Below are positions 1 through 12,065 of a stretch of 60,000 bases of DNA, one piece after another. Below the pieces are notes generated by a model, which made no database searches, was not told the DNA's origin, and saw nothing but the letters and a program-made list of their open reading frames with translations. The position numbers and the translations under genes are program-made. This DNA comes from Lytechinus pictus (Eukaryota), in contig NC_087245.1 in NCBI RefSeq assembly GCF_037042905.1, forward strand, positions 23,872,001 through 23,932,000, given 5' to 3'. Every line of letters begins with the position of its first letter. Position 1 is the first letter of the stretch.

Positions 1-106
1 TCCTCTTTCGCATGTTGCCATTGCTTCTTCCCTTTGAAACAAAGCCCAAAATTGGTTTAGTAACTTATGAATGTACTCATTTAAATTCAAGATTTATCAC
101 TTGATG

Positions 107-645
107 CCTAAGAAGACGGGGGGGGGGGGGGGGAGGGTTGATTCAGCACCCCCCACCCCCACTTATGATCTCAGCCGTCGATTACAAAATCGCGACGATA
201 ATTGGCACACATGTTGCCCATTGCATACTGTAAGAAACAAATAAGGCCCCTAAAATACTCCTTTTTTTTTCACAGACTCTTTATATGATTCTGATCGAAT
301 GTACTTTTAACAATTCTATATCACAATTTTCTTACGTATTTCCTTGTCTTTAAACTTTTTGTTTCTTATTCTTTCAATGTAAATTGTCAGGTAATTTAAT
401 TTAATTTGACCATAAATAAGATCAAATTAAATGAGTTTAATCAGTAAAAGGATAATGATACATTTATGAATTTTGGCTAAAAACACTATTTGCATTAGAT
501 TTGCGCACAAATTGATGTTTTTGAGCAATATTGGGTCTGCATACACTTATGAAATGTTGCATGATTTCGGAACTACGTACCCGGGGGTCGCAATTTTGGT
601 CTAAAAATTTGCACCATACACTTATAATGTCAATTGCTTGAGCTT
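107..645 (+). mobile_element. Non-autonomous DNA transposon fragment, same family as 22311-23005
   Basis: Shares CTAAGAAGACGGGG..TGATTCAGC..ATGATCTC.GCCGTCGAT and the internal body with 22338-22900; interrupted by the element at 648-1198. Confidence 0.7.
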
Positions 646-647
646 AA

Positions 648-1198
648 AGGTCAAGTCCACCCCCAGAAAAATGTTGATTTGAATCAATAGAGAAAAATCT
701 AACAAGCATAACACTGAAAATTTCATCAAAAGCAGATGTTAAATAAAAAAGTTATGACATTTTAATGCTTCTCTTATTTTTCTCAAAACAGTTATATGCA
801 CAACTCAGTGGTATGCAAAGGAGAGAGTCCATGATGTCCATCACTCACTATTTCTTTTGTTTTTTATTGTTTGAATTATACAATATTTCAATTTTTACTG
901 AAATGAAAATGTAAAACTTGTCTGAACCATATAATGTTGAACAATGATAATTCCATGTGTTCAGGGAGTATTTCATATTTCCTATAATAGAATACAAAAG
1001 AAATATTGAGTGAGTGATGTCATCAGTTCCCTCATTTGCCTACCAACCAGGAAGTGCATATAACTGTTTTGTGAAATTAAGTGAAATTTTAAAATGTCAT
1101 AACTTTCTTATTTTACATCCAATTTTGATGAAATTTTCAGTGTCATGCTTGTTGGATTTTTTATTCAAATTAAATTTTTGTTGGGGTGGACTTGTCCT
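648..1198. mobile_element. Kolobok-like MITE with TTAA target-site duplication
   Basis: TTAA|AGGTCAAGTCCACCCC ... GGGGTGGACTTGTCCT|TTAA; RR termini plus TTAA TSD. Confidence 0.75.
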
Positions 1199-1709
1199 TT
1201 AATGATTAATAAAATAAACTCCTCAAAAAAAGTTTGGAAATCTGACATTGATCGATAATCCCTCCTCAGTTTTAGTAAATATCAATGTGTAATTAATGTA
1301 AATTAATAGAAAATTTAATTCTCTTTAAAATGATGGTTCACATGTAGGTGCAGTGCCTTGAAATGTGGGGCAAGGTCAAACTTCAAAAGTTGCAAAATGA
1401 CACAATATTGAAAGTCACTGTTCTTTTTTCAGTGGTGATGAGTGAGTTTCTCAGCGGTTTCTTGTAATTATTTTCATGCACCTTAACATCGACATTAACA
1501 TGGAATCAAACACACCTCTGCACAAGCAAACACATAACAAACAAACAAACATGCATGGGTATTTCAAACCACGACTCAAACCATGTTATCTCACAGAACC
1601 ATCACTACAGAAGCAGGGGCTTGATTTGAATGGATTTGAAATTGAATCTCTATTGACACAGACAAAAGAATCATGTTCTGTATTGACCCTTCATGGCTAT
1701 TTCTGCTCG

Positions 1710-2093
1710 TTTTGCAGCTTTTCAATTCAGACCTCATCCAACACTTGAATCCTGCTCTTTTCGTAATGGCATGATCATAACAATCATGGTATCATTTTAA
1801 AGAGAATAAAATGATCTGTTGAATGATATCAAATATGCATTGCGTAAAATTGGGAGTTGAGAGAAATTAATGGCCAAACTCAGATTTCCCAACTTTTGTG
1901 CTCTTTTTGCAGCTTTTCAATTTAGACCTCATCCAACACTTTTGAATCCTGCTCTTTTCGTGATGGCATGATCATAACAAGCATGGCATCATTGTAAAGA
2001 GAATTAAATGATCTTTTGAATGATGTAAAATATGCATTGTGTAAAATTGGGAGTTGGGAGAAACTAATGGCCAAACACAGATTTCCAAACTTT
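1710..2093. repeat. ~195-bp tandem duplication (2 copies)
   Basis: TTTGCAGCTTTTCAATT.AGACCTCATCCAACAC...CAGATTTCC.AACTTTT at ~1710 and ~1906. Confidence 0.85.
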
Positions 2094-2284
2094 TTTTTGA
2101 GGGGTTTAGATATTACAAAAGCTTGTGTGGGAATTTGGCCTTTAATGTGGAAATAAATCAATTGTTCATTGTACTTTGCATTTAATCTTCATTAATGTAT
2201 TTCTAAACAAATTCCAAATAACTTGGTAATTTTTTACAGTAGTTCAGAGAACTCTTTACTTGCCTTTCTGATGAAATTTATGAC

Positions 2285-2560
2285 AATAATAATAATATGC
2301 AACATTTATATAGCGCTTAATACAAATGTTTCTGAGCGCTGCATACTATTACCCCGGCTTTAGCACGGCTACCCTGATTGGGCGCATCGAGCATTCAAGG
2401 AATTCCTTCCTACCGGGTACCCATTTACTAAACCTGGGCCGAGAGTGGCAAATGTAGATAAACGCCTTGCCAAAGGACGCTAGTGCTTTGGTGGGATTTG
2501 AACCCCGGACCAGGCGGACCTTGTGGTTCACAGTCCGGAGACTTGTCCACTGAGCCAGAT
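2285..2560 (-). mobile_element. tRNA-derived SINE
   Basis: Minus strand: A box TGGCTCAGTGG (2557-2547), B box GGTTCAAATCC (2504-2494), central AAATGGGTACC, tail AAGCGCTATATAAATG..(TTA)n. Confidence 0.8.
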
Positions 2561-2829
2561 TTCCCCAGTATGCAACTGATAAAGGTGAAATCCTAGCCCC
2601 TCATATGCAATCTTATTCATAGTTTTTTTCAGTATCAAATGCACCTCATTTTGCAATGCACGTGAATATATTCTGCAAAGAAGTGCTATGTAGTTGTTAC
2701 TCATGTAATGTAGAAAAAAAATCACTTCTGCATAGACAAATTTCAGTGCAAATAAATCTAGGTGAATACAAATTTAATGAATTTAGATGAAAATGTACTT
2801 TCATCATACTTACCGTTTTCCTTGTACAG

Positions 2830-2902
2830 GCGGCAGCTAATGGATCAATGACTTGCCTTCATTGGCTCCTAGAGAAAGGCAGTGCGGTCAATGTCCAAGA
2901 TA
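2830..2902 (+). CDS. Ankyrin protein exon (AAANGSMTCLHWLLEKGSAVNVQD)
   Basis: tacAG acceptor, GTAAGT donor, ankyrin motif. Confidence 0.85.
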
Positions 2903-5319
2903 GTAAGTAATTCTCTACAAGCCTAGTAATTATAATTTTTATAACTGTATGCAATGAGATCTAAATTTCTGGTTGGTTGCATTCAGTCATGTTTGATCAA
3001 TCTTTTGAGCCCATTGCATGTTTTTATTAAAGCATGCAATAGTTAATAGTCCTATCCTGCTTTCTGTGGACCATATTAGTTTGCTCATATCTTTCACCCA
3101 GTTATAGTATTTAATAGTGTATGAATATTAGGGCATAATGTGTTATATCCTTTGCAAACATTATTATGTTGACCGTCATCATTGCTATCAATAATTACTT
3201 GTAGAACTGGGCAACACCCCCGCCCACCTGGCAGCAGCCGGTGGACACCACCTTTGCTTCAATTGTTGTCTTCAGCATGGTGGTAATCTGGACATACTAA
3301 ACCAGAAACAGGAGACCCCAATGGACTCTGCCAGAAGGTTTGGACATCCAGTCAAGATGGAACAAGCAGGTAAGGTGATATACCCCCCCCCCCCTCCCCA
3401 ACACCATCACACTCCTAGTTTAACAAATTATTACTGCTGGTGAAAGCAATGCGACAAACTATCATTTCTGAGGTGGTTTGGATTTAGATATCTTTTTAAA
3501 GCAGTGATGAGGTGTACGTGTAAGCTTCATTTATATCGCTGATGAAGTGATTGTTTGTCTTATGTACAGAAACCAAATGGTGATTATTTGCTTTATATTT
3601 CACTTCCGAAACAATGCAATTTTAGAAACAAGTGTGATCATGACACTTATATATACATCTACTCTTCTCTCATTGCATTTAATTTTCCATATTCATCATG
3701 GAATTATACATCACAAAATTGTATAGCCATCTCACACCATCATATTAATAATAGCACAGATCACCGAATAATCGCACTTGCATTTTGTTTTTTGTGGAAC
3801 AATGCCATTAAAAGACCAATTTTTTTTGTTCGTATCCATTGTTCATGAAACTACTCGAGCTATGATAATTTAAAGAATTTCAACTTTTCATGGGAAATAG
3901 AAGACAGAGAAGAAAAAAAAAATTCCAGGAAGGTCCCACTTATAGGGGGTTTGATGTACACATTTCGTGGAATAGCCCTGGATGTGATATATTTTGAGGG
4001 ATTTAAGTAATACCTATATTTCTTTATATTTGATCACTTTTCTAGTGAATAATGAGATACGTTGCACCCACTGTAATGATAATTATGAGTTATCCTGCTG
4101 GGAAGAAGCTCACCAACCAAATGTTGTTCAGAAAGCGATCAATTCTTCCAAGACTACAATCTTCTCTTCTCCTGTGCCAAACAACAACAAGAAGTAAGTA
4201 TCGCCTTTGATTTAGAATCTTCATCGTCAGGTAACATAGAGCTTAGCAATTAATGTAGTGGCTGATGTCTACACTCGTTTACATAGATTATTGTGTATGA
4301 CCAGTCGTAAAAATTAGCCCAACAATCAGTCACTAAGCTTTATATAACATGGTGCGACCATCCGGGGAGGGGGGGGCACTTTTATTGATGAGTGGATACC
4401 ACGCGTGACCCCAAAAACACGTAAAAAGGATCTCTTTTTCAAAATAGTGCACGTTACATACGTAACGTAGTAAGGGTGTCAAAAACACTAAAATAATGAA
4501 AAAGGGTATATATTTCACTAGGAAAACTACATGTTTACGGTCCAATTTGCGAGGAGTACATGTATAACTCATCTTTTGCCCCAACACTGCATGTTTAGGG
4601 TCCGATTTGAGCGAGGTGTGTATGTAGGGTGGTACTAAACCCAATGAAAGTAAAGGTAAAGCTGACATCCGTGACATAACAATTAAATGTAGGATATCGT
4701 ACTTGTTTAGGGGTCAATTCAGGGAAGGGTACTGTTTTGTTTCCAATACTTGTTAAGGGTAGGGTTTCACACGCCAATACTTGTTCAGAACATGGAAAAT
4801 ACTTTTTAGGGTGCTTTTCAAAACCCCATGGTCATGCATGGTTTCCACTCGTCAATGGAAGTGCCCCCCCCCCCCTTCTGGGACCATCCTTGGCACTTTA
4901 TTACACTACCAATTGAGCCAACCCATCGGTTATGTACAGTGGTGTGCAAAAGTTAGTGAACCCTACCAGAAATGAACATATCTATAAAAGTGTTCAAAGT
5001 TCTGCCATGTTTTAGATATTTAGTTGTGAAGTCAGGTGATAAAATATAATTGCATTCAATAAAGATTGTTTATCCTGGCTTGTCGAACATTGTAGTGTTT
5101 TTTGGGCATGAAGGAGTGCATTTTGTGGTGGGGTTCACTAACATTTGAGCACCACTGTATGTCTTCTAACATATGTTACCCATCTGTATTTCATTGATTT
5201 CCAGGAAAGAGACCAAGAAAGTTACTCCAAGAAAGGAGCCCTCTGCCCCTGGAAGAGGAAAGCTTCCCCATAGAGATCTGGCTGTCAGGTACTTTGGAAG
5301 AGAGGAAGGAACAACATAG
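2830..5319 (+). CDS. Ankyrin repeat domain-containing protein, 3' portion (4 exons; ANKRD37/ANKRD42-like, orthology uncertain)
   Basis: Exons 2830-2902, 3205-3369, 4046-4193 and 5205-5319 splice in frame via GT-AG (501 nt). They encode AAANGSMTCLHWLLEKGSAVNVQDKLGNTPAHLAAAGGHHLCFNCCLQHGGNLDILNQKQETPMDSA...EEGTT*. GNTPAHLAA and ETPMDSA are ankyrin consensus motifs. No start codon exon found. Confidence 0.85.
3205..3369 (+). CDS. Ankyrin protein exon (KLGNTPAHLAAAGG...KMEQA)
   Basis: tgtAG acceptor, GTAAGG donor, phase 1/1. Confidence 0.88.
4046..4193 (+). CDS. Ankyrin protein exon (VNNEIRCTHC...NNNK)
   Basis: ttctAG acceptor, GTAAGT donor, phase 1/2. Confidence 0.8.
4362..4876. mobile_element. 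MITE with ~45-bp TIRs (inverted copy at 20003-20520)
   Basis: GGGGGGCACTT..ATTGA.GAGTGGATACCA ... TGGTTTCCACTCGTCAATGGAAGTGCCCCCC. Confidence 0.8.
4937..5157. mobile_element. Tc1/mariner-type MITE
   Basis: TA|CAGTGGTGTGCAAAAGTTAGTGAACCC ... GGGTTCACTAACATTTGAGCACCACTG|TA. Confidence 0.85.
5205..5319 (+). CDS. Ankyrin protein terminal coding exon (KETKK...EEGTT*)
   Basis: tttccAG acceptor, phase compatible, TAG stop at 5317-5319. Confidence 0.75.
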
Positions 5320-5492
5320 CTATTGACTTCTTGAGAGCATTTCATGAAGATTTTCATCGGTGATTTTCACAGACTAATTTGCTGTTAGCCAATCAGGATT
5401 TTAGTCGCTTTATATAGAGGTGGTCAGTGAAAGTCACCACCTTTTCATGAACTGCTCCCCTTGCCCAATAAATCTGTTGTCTACTGGAACCT

Positions 5493-5647
5493 GGGACCCG
5501 TTCCATAAAACTTTTGCCATAAACATCTCTGGCTTATAAACAAAAACTCTGGCAAACAAAATTATGCCATTGAAAATTACACATTAAAAAACTCTGGCAA
5601 AAAATTGCCTGAGTTTTTTATGGCGAAAGTTTTATGCAACAGGCCCC
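5493..5647. mobile_element. Small palindromic MITE in the probable ankyrin 3'UTR
   Basis: GGGACCCGTTCCATAAAACTTTTGCCATAAA ... TTTATGGCGAAAGTTTTATGCAACAGGCCC. Confidence 0.7.
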
Positions 5648-7284
5648 TGATGATTTCTTTACAAATTCTATGGGAAAATCATAATTCACTAGGTTATAGC
5701 TCATTTTCGTCGAGGGCTACTTTCTTAACCTACTCCTAAATTTTGTAACATTGGGTAAGCTTTAATATTGCAGTGAATAATGATTTTCCAGGGTTCTTGA
5801 ACATGGGGGGGGGGGGTGAAATTGCCCTGAGCCCCCATGTTATTTTTCCCTGAATCATAATAATATATTGTTATGGAGCATACCATTCGTATGAAATATA
5901 TTCCACAGTGAAAGATCAAAATGACATTTTGGGGTTGATTAATGTATTAAGGGAACCTTGAAAATTTTTCAGAAATGATACTTTTTATATTTGAAAAAGT
6001 ATTCTACCTTTTATCCACCATCACTGTCAGTATTACCTGATCCATTGATCCATTAGAAAAAAAAAACTTTTTGTTTGTATTCATGCAAATGAAACATTCC
6101 ATTGACACTGTCAGCATCAAAGTCAGGGTTATAATTTTCTATGTAGTGGAAGATATACATTGTATGGGTTAGGGCTTGTTCATCCGTTGTTCATTGCCTC
6201 TGAAATTTTATAAAGGCTCATTTACACACAGCACTACAAATCTTTTTTTTTTTTTAAATCACCCATACTGCAATTGAACAAGTTATGTCTTGACAGGAAA
6301 TGATGCACCACAACACAAGTGCCTCAAACATGTAATAGATATGAAGCAACGCCTACCAAATGAATAAAAGCCAAAATGTTAATGCAGTGTTGAGAACAAA
6401 AGCATGCAGGTGCTATGAGCATGACCACTGCGATAAGGAGCTTGTGAGAATGTATTTGGGTCATGTTTCACAAAACTTGTCATCAACAACAGGCTGTAGG
6501 TTAGCGAGGTATAAGAGCTAGTGTTCAGCTTCAGAGCTGATTTCATTTATTTTAACCCCCACCCGTCATACAGGGTTGCCAGAAGCATTATGTGTTATTA
6601 TTGTCCGTCCATCCCATTTTTGTCATTGTGATTATCATACCACAGATTTGACTGAGGAATGATAGGCTTCCTGAAGGAATGTTGAACAAGTACTTGAACT
6701 AATCATCTACTTTAGTTATGTTTCACTTTATTTCTGATCATGCATCACAAATGCTATTGAGAACCATGAATTATCATCAGACCTTTTAGGTTTGGCATTG
6801 AACAGCATTTCGTAATCAAACAGTGTAAATGCTATCAGAACATTTAACTGTTTCTAAAGCCCCAATAAAAGTTAATAAACTATAGAACAAACTGACCAAT
6901 TATCAATAGTGGCCTTACAAATGTTGATTGTTTGTGAATATGAGCAATTAATTCATGTTTTGGGATGAATATCTTTATTTTTTCTTGTATATAACTTATG
7001 CAAATCAGTACCTTACATATTTATATGTATTCATATTAATATTTATTCATCCATCCTCAGAGGTGAAGAGACCAAAGCTGTCCTGCTGTTACTGAAAGTA
7101 TTTGATCTGTGCTTTTGACATTATGTTATGTATGGTTTGTACATTGTATATAGACAAAGAAAATTAAAATAAATATATGTGTGTATATAAAGAGATGATT
7201 GAAATTAAAATGTTTTGCAGAAAGAGAATGTGGCTAATTTCCAAATGTTAACAAGTTCGTAATGATTATGAAATTACATATATA

Positions 7285-8273
7285 CAGCGCGTCCCAAAAA
7301 AATGTCCCTCTGACATAGGACTGAATTAATTCTAAAATGTGGTAGTATTCTCAAATAAATGTTCATGAGTAGAAAGCTCATTTCATGATCTAACTTCTAT
7401 GAAAATTTCATTGGTCTCGCTTCAGCGGTTTTGAATACACTCTCTGTTAGGTAACAGTGGTGCATTTTAGCCCATTCCAAGTTTGCAGCATTGATGCATA
7501 TCTGCATTGTCTATGGCATGTTAACCCCCATTTTTACATCCAGGATCTGAGCAGGGACATTTCCCTAATCATATCCAGGCTCATCAAATTATAAACTTGG
7601 GCATGTTCAGAAGGGCAAGAAATATAATAAATTAAGTTTTTTGATGATTGATAAGGGGAATCAGTGCACCAACTTGAAAGAAAATGTGAATGATGGATGA
7701 GTAAAATAAGCTAAAAAATAAAGGGGAATCCGCAAGTTAAACACCCTTTGCGAAAAAGGAACTTTACCAGAGAAAAATTTGACTTTTTTTCTTTTAAAAA
7801 GTTACATTGAATTAACTTGACCACAGTAGCTTACTAAAAAAAACAAAAATGCAGTATTAGGCATGAAACAGACATGACCCGTTGTCTTAATCATTGTGCA
7901 TCTCCCATTTTCAAACATGAAATGAGCTGTCAAAAATTGTTTTTACCCTTCTAAACATGCTCAAGTTTGTGATTTGATGAGACTGGTTAGATCATGGAGA
8001 TTTCCCTGGTCAGATCAGGGAATTCCTTGGTCAGAATGGTCAAAGGGGGTTGATGTGCTAGAAAGTGCAGAACACACAGTAGTGCTGCATGCAGGCATGC
8101 AAACTTGGAATGGGCTGGAAAGCACCACTTTTACATAATAGACTGTATTCAAAACCGCTGGAGCGAGACCAATTAAATTTTTATAGAAGTTAGAACATGA
8201 GATGAGCTTCCTAGTTAAATTTTTTGAAGTAATTTAGCCCCATATAAGAGGGACATTTTTTGGGGACGCGCTG
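7285..8273. mobile_element. Tc1/mariner-type non-autonomous element with long (~330 bp) imperfect inverted arms
   Basis: TA|CAGCGCGTCCCAAAAAAATGTCCCTCT ... AGAGGGACATTTTTTGGGGACGCGCTG|TA; arm homology continues internally (GGTCTCGCT.CAGCGGTTTTGAATAC). Confidence 0.88.
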
Positions 8274-9337
8274 TATATACACATGGAAGTTTATTGTGTG
8301 ACTATGCAGTGCATGTAAACAAAATATTGGATTTTGGAAGGATCAGTAAAAAATGATCTGATTCGTATGCTCTGCTCCTTAATCAATTGACAAAAAATTA
8401 TGAATATGTATTCATGCTTTAATGACCACATACATTTTTGTGTCTTGAGAATCGCAAATGGCTTTTTGCCGAAATGAATGCAGCATTCTAAATGAAGTAC
8501 TCCAATCAAATAAACTGATCTTCCCATTCTTATATGTTCCATAACATTAGACTTCTGATGATTTGATTCATCCCTCTTAATTTGTTGCAAACCATATTTT
8601 GTCACCCTGGACAAAAAAAGTTTGTTCGCTCAAGCATGAACAAAAATTTTCTATTGTTTGGGAATTGTGATCATGTGATAAATGATATGTTAAAGTATGG
8701 CTAGCGTAAAAAAAATAGATATATATATTTTGTGACAGAATTTTGAGGGATTTTTGTCTCGCCTGCATAGCAGATCGAGACTATAGGTGCCCCTTTTCCG
8801 ATGGCGGTGGCAGCAGCAGCAGCATTGTCGTTAACATCAAATCTTAACCAAACCAAAGGTTAAGATTTTGGAATGTCATCATAACTTAGAAGAAAGTATA
8901 AAGGCCTGGTTCATGAAACTTGAACCTAATGGTTGGTTATCAAGTATTACTGAACATCTTGCACGAGTTTCAAGTCACATGACCAAGGTCATTTAGAGTC
9001 AATGAACTTTGGCCATGTTGGGAGTAATTGTTGATTTCCATGATAACTTTGATTGTTTATGGACCTGGTTCATGAAACTTGGACATAAGAGTAAACAAGT
9101 ATCACTGAACATCGTTTGTGAATTTTAGGTCACATGACCAAGGTCAAAGGTCATTTCAGGCTAACGAACTTAGATTATGTTGCGGAATCTTAACCAAGGT
9201 TAAGTGTTTTTTACTTCATAACTGAAGTTTATGGATCTAGTTCATGAATAGTGGACATAAGGGTAATCAAGTATCACTGATCGTCTTGCACAAGTCTTCG
9301 GTCACACGATCAAAGTCAAATATCATTTGGACTCAAT

Positions 9338-11196
9338 GGCCCGTATTCTGAAGTCGGGTTTAACTTAAACTCAGGTTTAAAGTTGTGGTTTAAGTATGGC
9401 GAGCCAATTGTTACATAAATCACTAACAGTAGAGATATCATACTTCAGCTCATTTGGCTCTCAAATCATTCATAATTGTCTAGGAAGCATAAAAAGATTA
9501 TTGGCTTCACCATCGATGAATCAGGAAAGAGCATAGTAAACATAAGAAACATACAACTTAATAACAAATTTGATACTTTTGGCTTCCCATACTTAAACCA
9601 GTGGCGTAACAGGCGGGGGGGCAAGCTGCCCCCCCCCCCCCCCCTGGCGGAGCTCACCGGGAAAATAAAAAAAACGGGGAAAAGAAAAAAAAGGGGGAAG
9701 AAAGGGAAAGGGAAAGGAAAGAAAAAAAAGGAAACGGGGAAAGGAAAGGGAAAAGAAAACTAAGGAAAAAAGGGAAAAGGAAGGAAAGAAGAACGAGTCG
9801 GAAAAAACAATTCCCCCCGATATACAAATACATAGCATGATCAGTAACACAGGGAAAAAAATAAAGATTACAAAAAGGCAAACAAAAGCGGGAAATGAAG
9901 GCAGAATGGAATTAGCCAAAATCTAAATTGGAAAATGAAGAAAAGGGACAAGATAACGTACACTACCGGGCTGCCGAGGATTGAAGATAACGAGCGGGAA
10001 GAAAGATTGATGGTACATAGCATAATGTCGTACATGTCATATGAAAGTCTATCATAAACTTGCTAAATCTCCAAAGCTACCGGGGGCTCTGTCCAAGAGT
10101 CAAGACCCCGTGCAGTGGGGGCTCTTCATCTGTAACCTTTAATGGGTTCTACATGTATAACGGGCCCCTATATGGACCCTTCCTGTATTAAGTCTGCGTT
10201 GAAGCACTGGCGTACGGGGGAGGGGTGGTTCCACAGCCAAGGGGAATTAAAAGAAAATAAAGGAGGCAGCGAAATGACATGAATGATGTAAAAATCTGTC
10301 ACATAATTGGAATTTCATTTTAACTTGCCATTTTTCTTTTTGGCTCGCTTCGCTCGCTGGCGACTTTTTACAAATTTTCCCTCATTTTCTATATGGTGTG
10401 CCCCTCACAATATTTGGATGATTACGATACACAACTGCACTGAATTTATGTGTTGTGTGAAAGCTATATAAATATACACGCAATTTGATCAAAATAAGTG
10501 GCCATCTGTAAGGTTTAAAATGGCTTTAATATCAAGAGGTTCAGGGGCTCTGCCCTGGACCCCACCCATAAAGCACTGTTACAGGTATATGGATGAGTTT
10601 GGACCAAAAATCTACAACCAAGCAAAAAAAAAATTAGGAAAGAAAGGGAAGTGTATTATATTTTTCTGAATATCACGTTAAAATCTATCTTCATGTTAGA
10701 TTCTCATGAAAAGGTGATTTGTTTATCTCGCTCGCTTCGCTCACACGGGACCTATATTAAGCTACTTCTTGCCACAAGCGCCATACTGGGCCCCTCGAGC
10801 ATATAGAGCTTCGCCCTGATGCTCACAACCATAACAAAAATCCTGTTCACCGTGGCGTACAAAAACAGAGAGAAAAAAGGAAAGAGAGGAGGGTGAAATA
10901 TGATATCATCTTTTTAACATTATGTCAAAATCTATCACAAAATTTGATTTTTTCAATAAAAAATGTCATAATTTTTTTGCTCGCTCGCTCGCATTTATAT
11001 ATATATATTTGCCCGATACGCTATATCGCCCCCTCAAAATGTTTGCCTTATGACGCCATTGCCTGTTCCATTGATATGACCAGGAAATGTTTGGCTCTTG
11101 CCCCCCCCCCCTGGCCACTGACCCCTGTTACGCCGCTGACTTAAACCACAACTTTAAACCTGAGTTTAACTTAAACCCGACTTCAGAATACGGGCC
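9338..11196. mobile_element. PIF/Harbinger-like MITE (3-bp AAT TSD), interrupted by a hAT element
   Basis: AAT|GGCCCGTATTCTGAAGTCGGGTTTAA ... TTAAACCCGACTTCAGAATACGGGCC|AAT. Confidence 0.85.
9599..11138. mobile_element. hAT-type non-autonomous element (8-bp TSD ACTTAAAC)
   Basis: ACTTAAAC|CAGTGGCGTAACAGG ... CCTGTTACGCCGCTG|ACTTAAAC. Confidence 0.9.
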
Positions 11197-11934
11197 AATG
11201 AACATAATATTTTATCATCATATGAATGGTGTTTTTTTGTGAATGATTAAACAGTTGCTCCACTAACATTAAAAAGAAATATACACTGTATATACATGGA
11301 AATGTGTGGCAAGCAGAGGGGAGGGGGAGAAAGGGGAAGAGAGAAAGAGAGTGGGCAGAATGATTAGAGGGATGGTGGAGAGAACGATGAAGAAGGAAAG
11401 AGGGAGAGGGGGTGGGGAATAAGGGGAAATTAGAGAGAAGGTCGGTGTGTAGGCAGGACTTGAAAAGAAATTAGAGAAGAGAGAGGTATAACAAGAGGAG
11501 AGAGCTTGATTGGGGTGGAGCAGTGGGATGTAGAAGGGATTAATGAAGAAAAGGTTAATAGATTGGATACATTTTTTGAATAACTGATAACTATGAAAAG
11601 GATGCAGGGGACCTCTGTTTTTTCAAGTCGTGAAAGAGGGGGGGGGGGAGGGACAAAAAAGAGAGGAAAAAATTAAAAAGAGAGGTCGGGGCATTATCCC
11701 TGTTATTATTTCATTAAAAATAATCAAAAAGCAAATAAAGAACAATTACAAGCAATGTGATAAGGAGAGTTACGAATATGCCGGGAAAATGAAAAAAGAT
11801 TAAATAGCAACAATCCAAACTCAGGTATTCAAATCGTAGAAATATTTTTTAACCTTCCAGCCCTTCCTCTCCCACCCCCATCTCCAATCAAAATACCCTG
11901 GCGGTGCCCTTCAATAAGTTACATAAAAAATACA

Positions 11935-12065
11935 GACCTACATGAAAACAGGAAATTAATGATGGTGCTTGAAATCTAATCGAGATATGAAAACACCGGA
12001 TACGTGAAAACAGGAAATTAATGATAGTGCTTGAAATCTAAACAAGATATGAAAACACCGGATTT
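11935..12065. repeat. 62-bp tandem repeat (~2 copies)
   Basis: GAAAACAGGAAATTAATGAT.GTGCTTGAAATCTAA...AGATATGAAAACACCGGAT repeated. Confidence 0.85.

Larger units (their letters stand above)
8750..11245. mobile_element. Interspersed repeat with internal ~120-bp tandem units (possibly Helitron/Helentron-derived); host of nested insertions
   Basis: Starts TTTTTGTCTCGCCTGCATAGCAG; repeated GTTCATGAAACTTG..CAAGTATCACTGA..GTCACATGACCAAGGTCA units; resumes after 11199. Confidence 0.6.

Noticed and set aside
1014..1202. Similar ORFs here and at 14339-14620 (LKCHNFLILHPILMKFSV)
   Set aside because: The similarity comes from two copies of the same non-coding MITE, not from a gene family
2485..2560. 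tRNA gene
   Set aside because: The A and B boxes belong to a SINE head; no complete cloverleaf is visible
5317..5334. TAG-CTA context at the ankyrin stop
   Set aside because: It is not the UGA-CUAG motif, and a TGA follows after four codons
9466..9919. Lys/Gly-rich and Phe-rich ORFs
   Set aside because: Low-complexity purine tract within a hAT element
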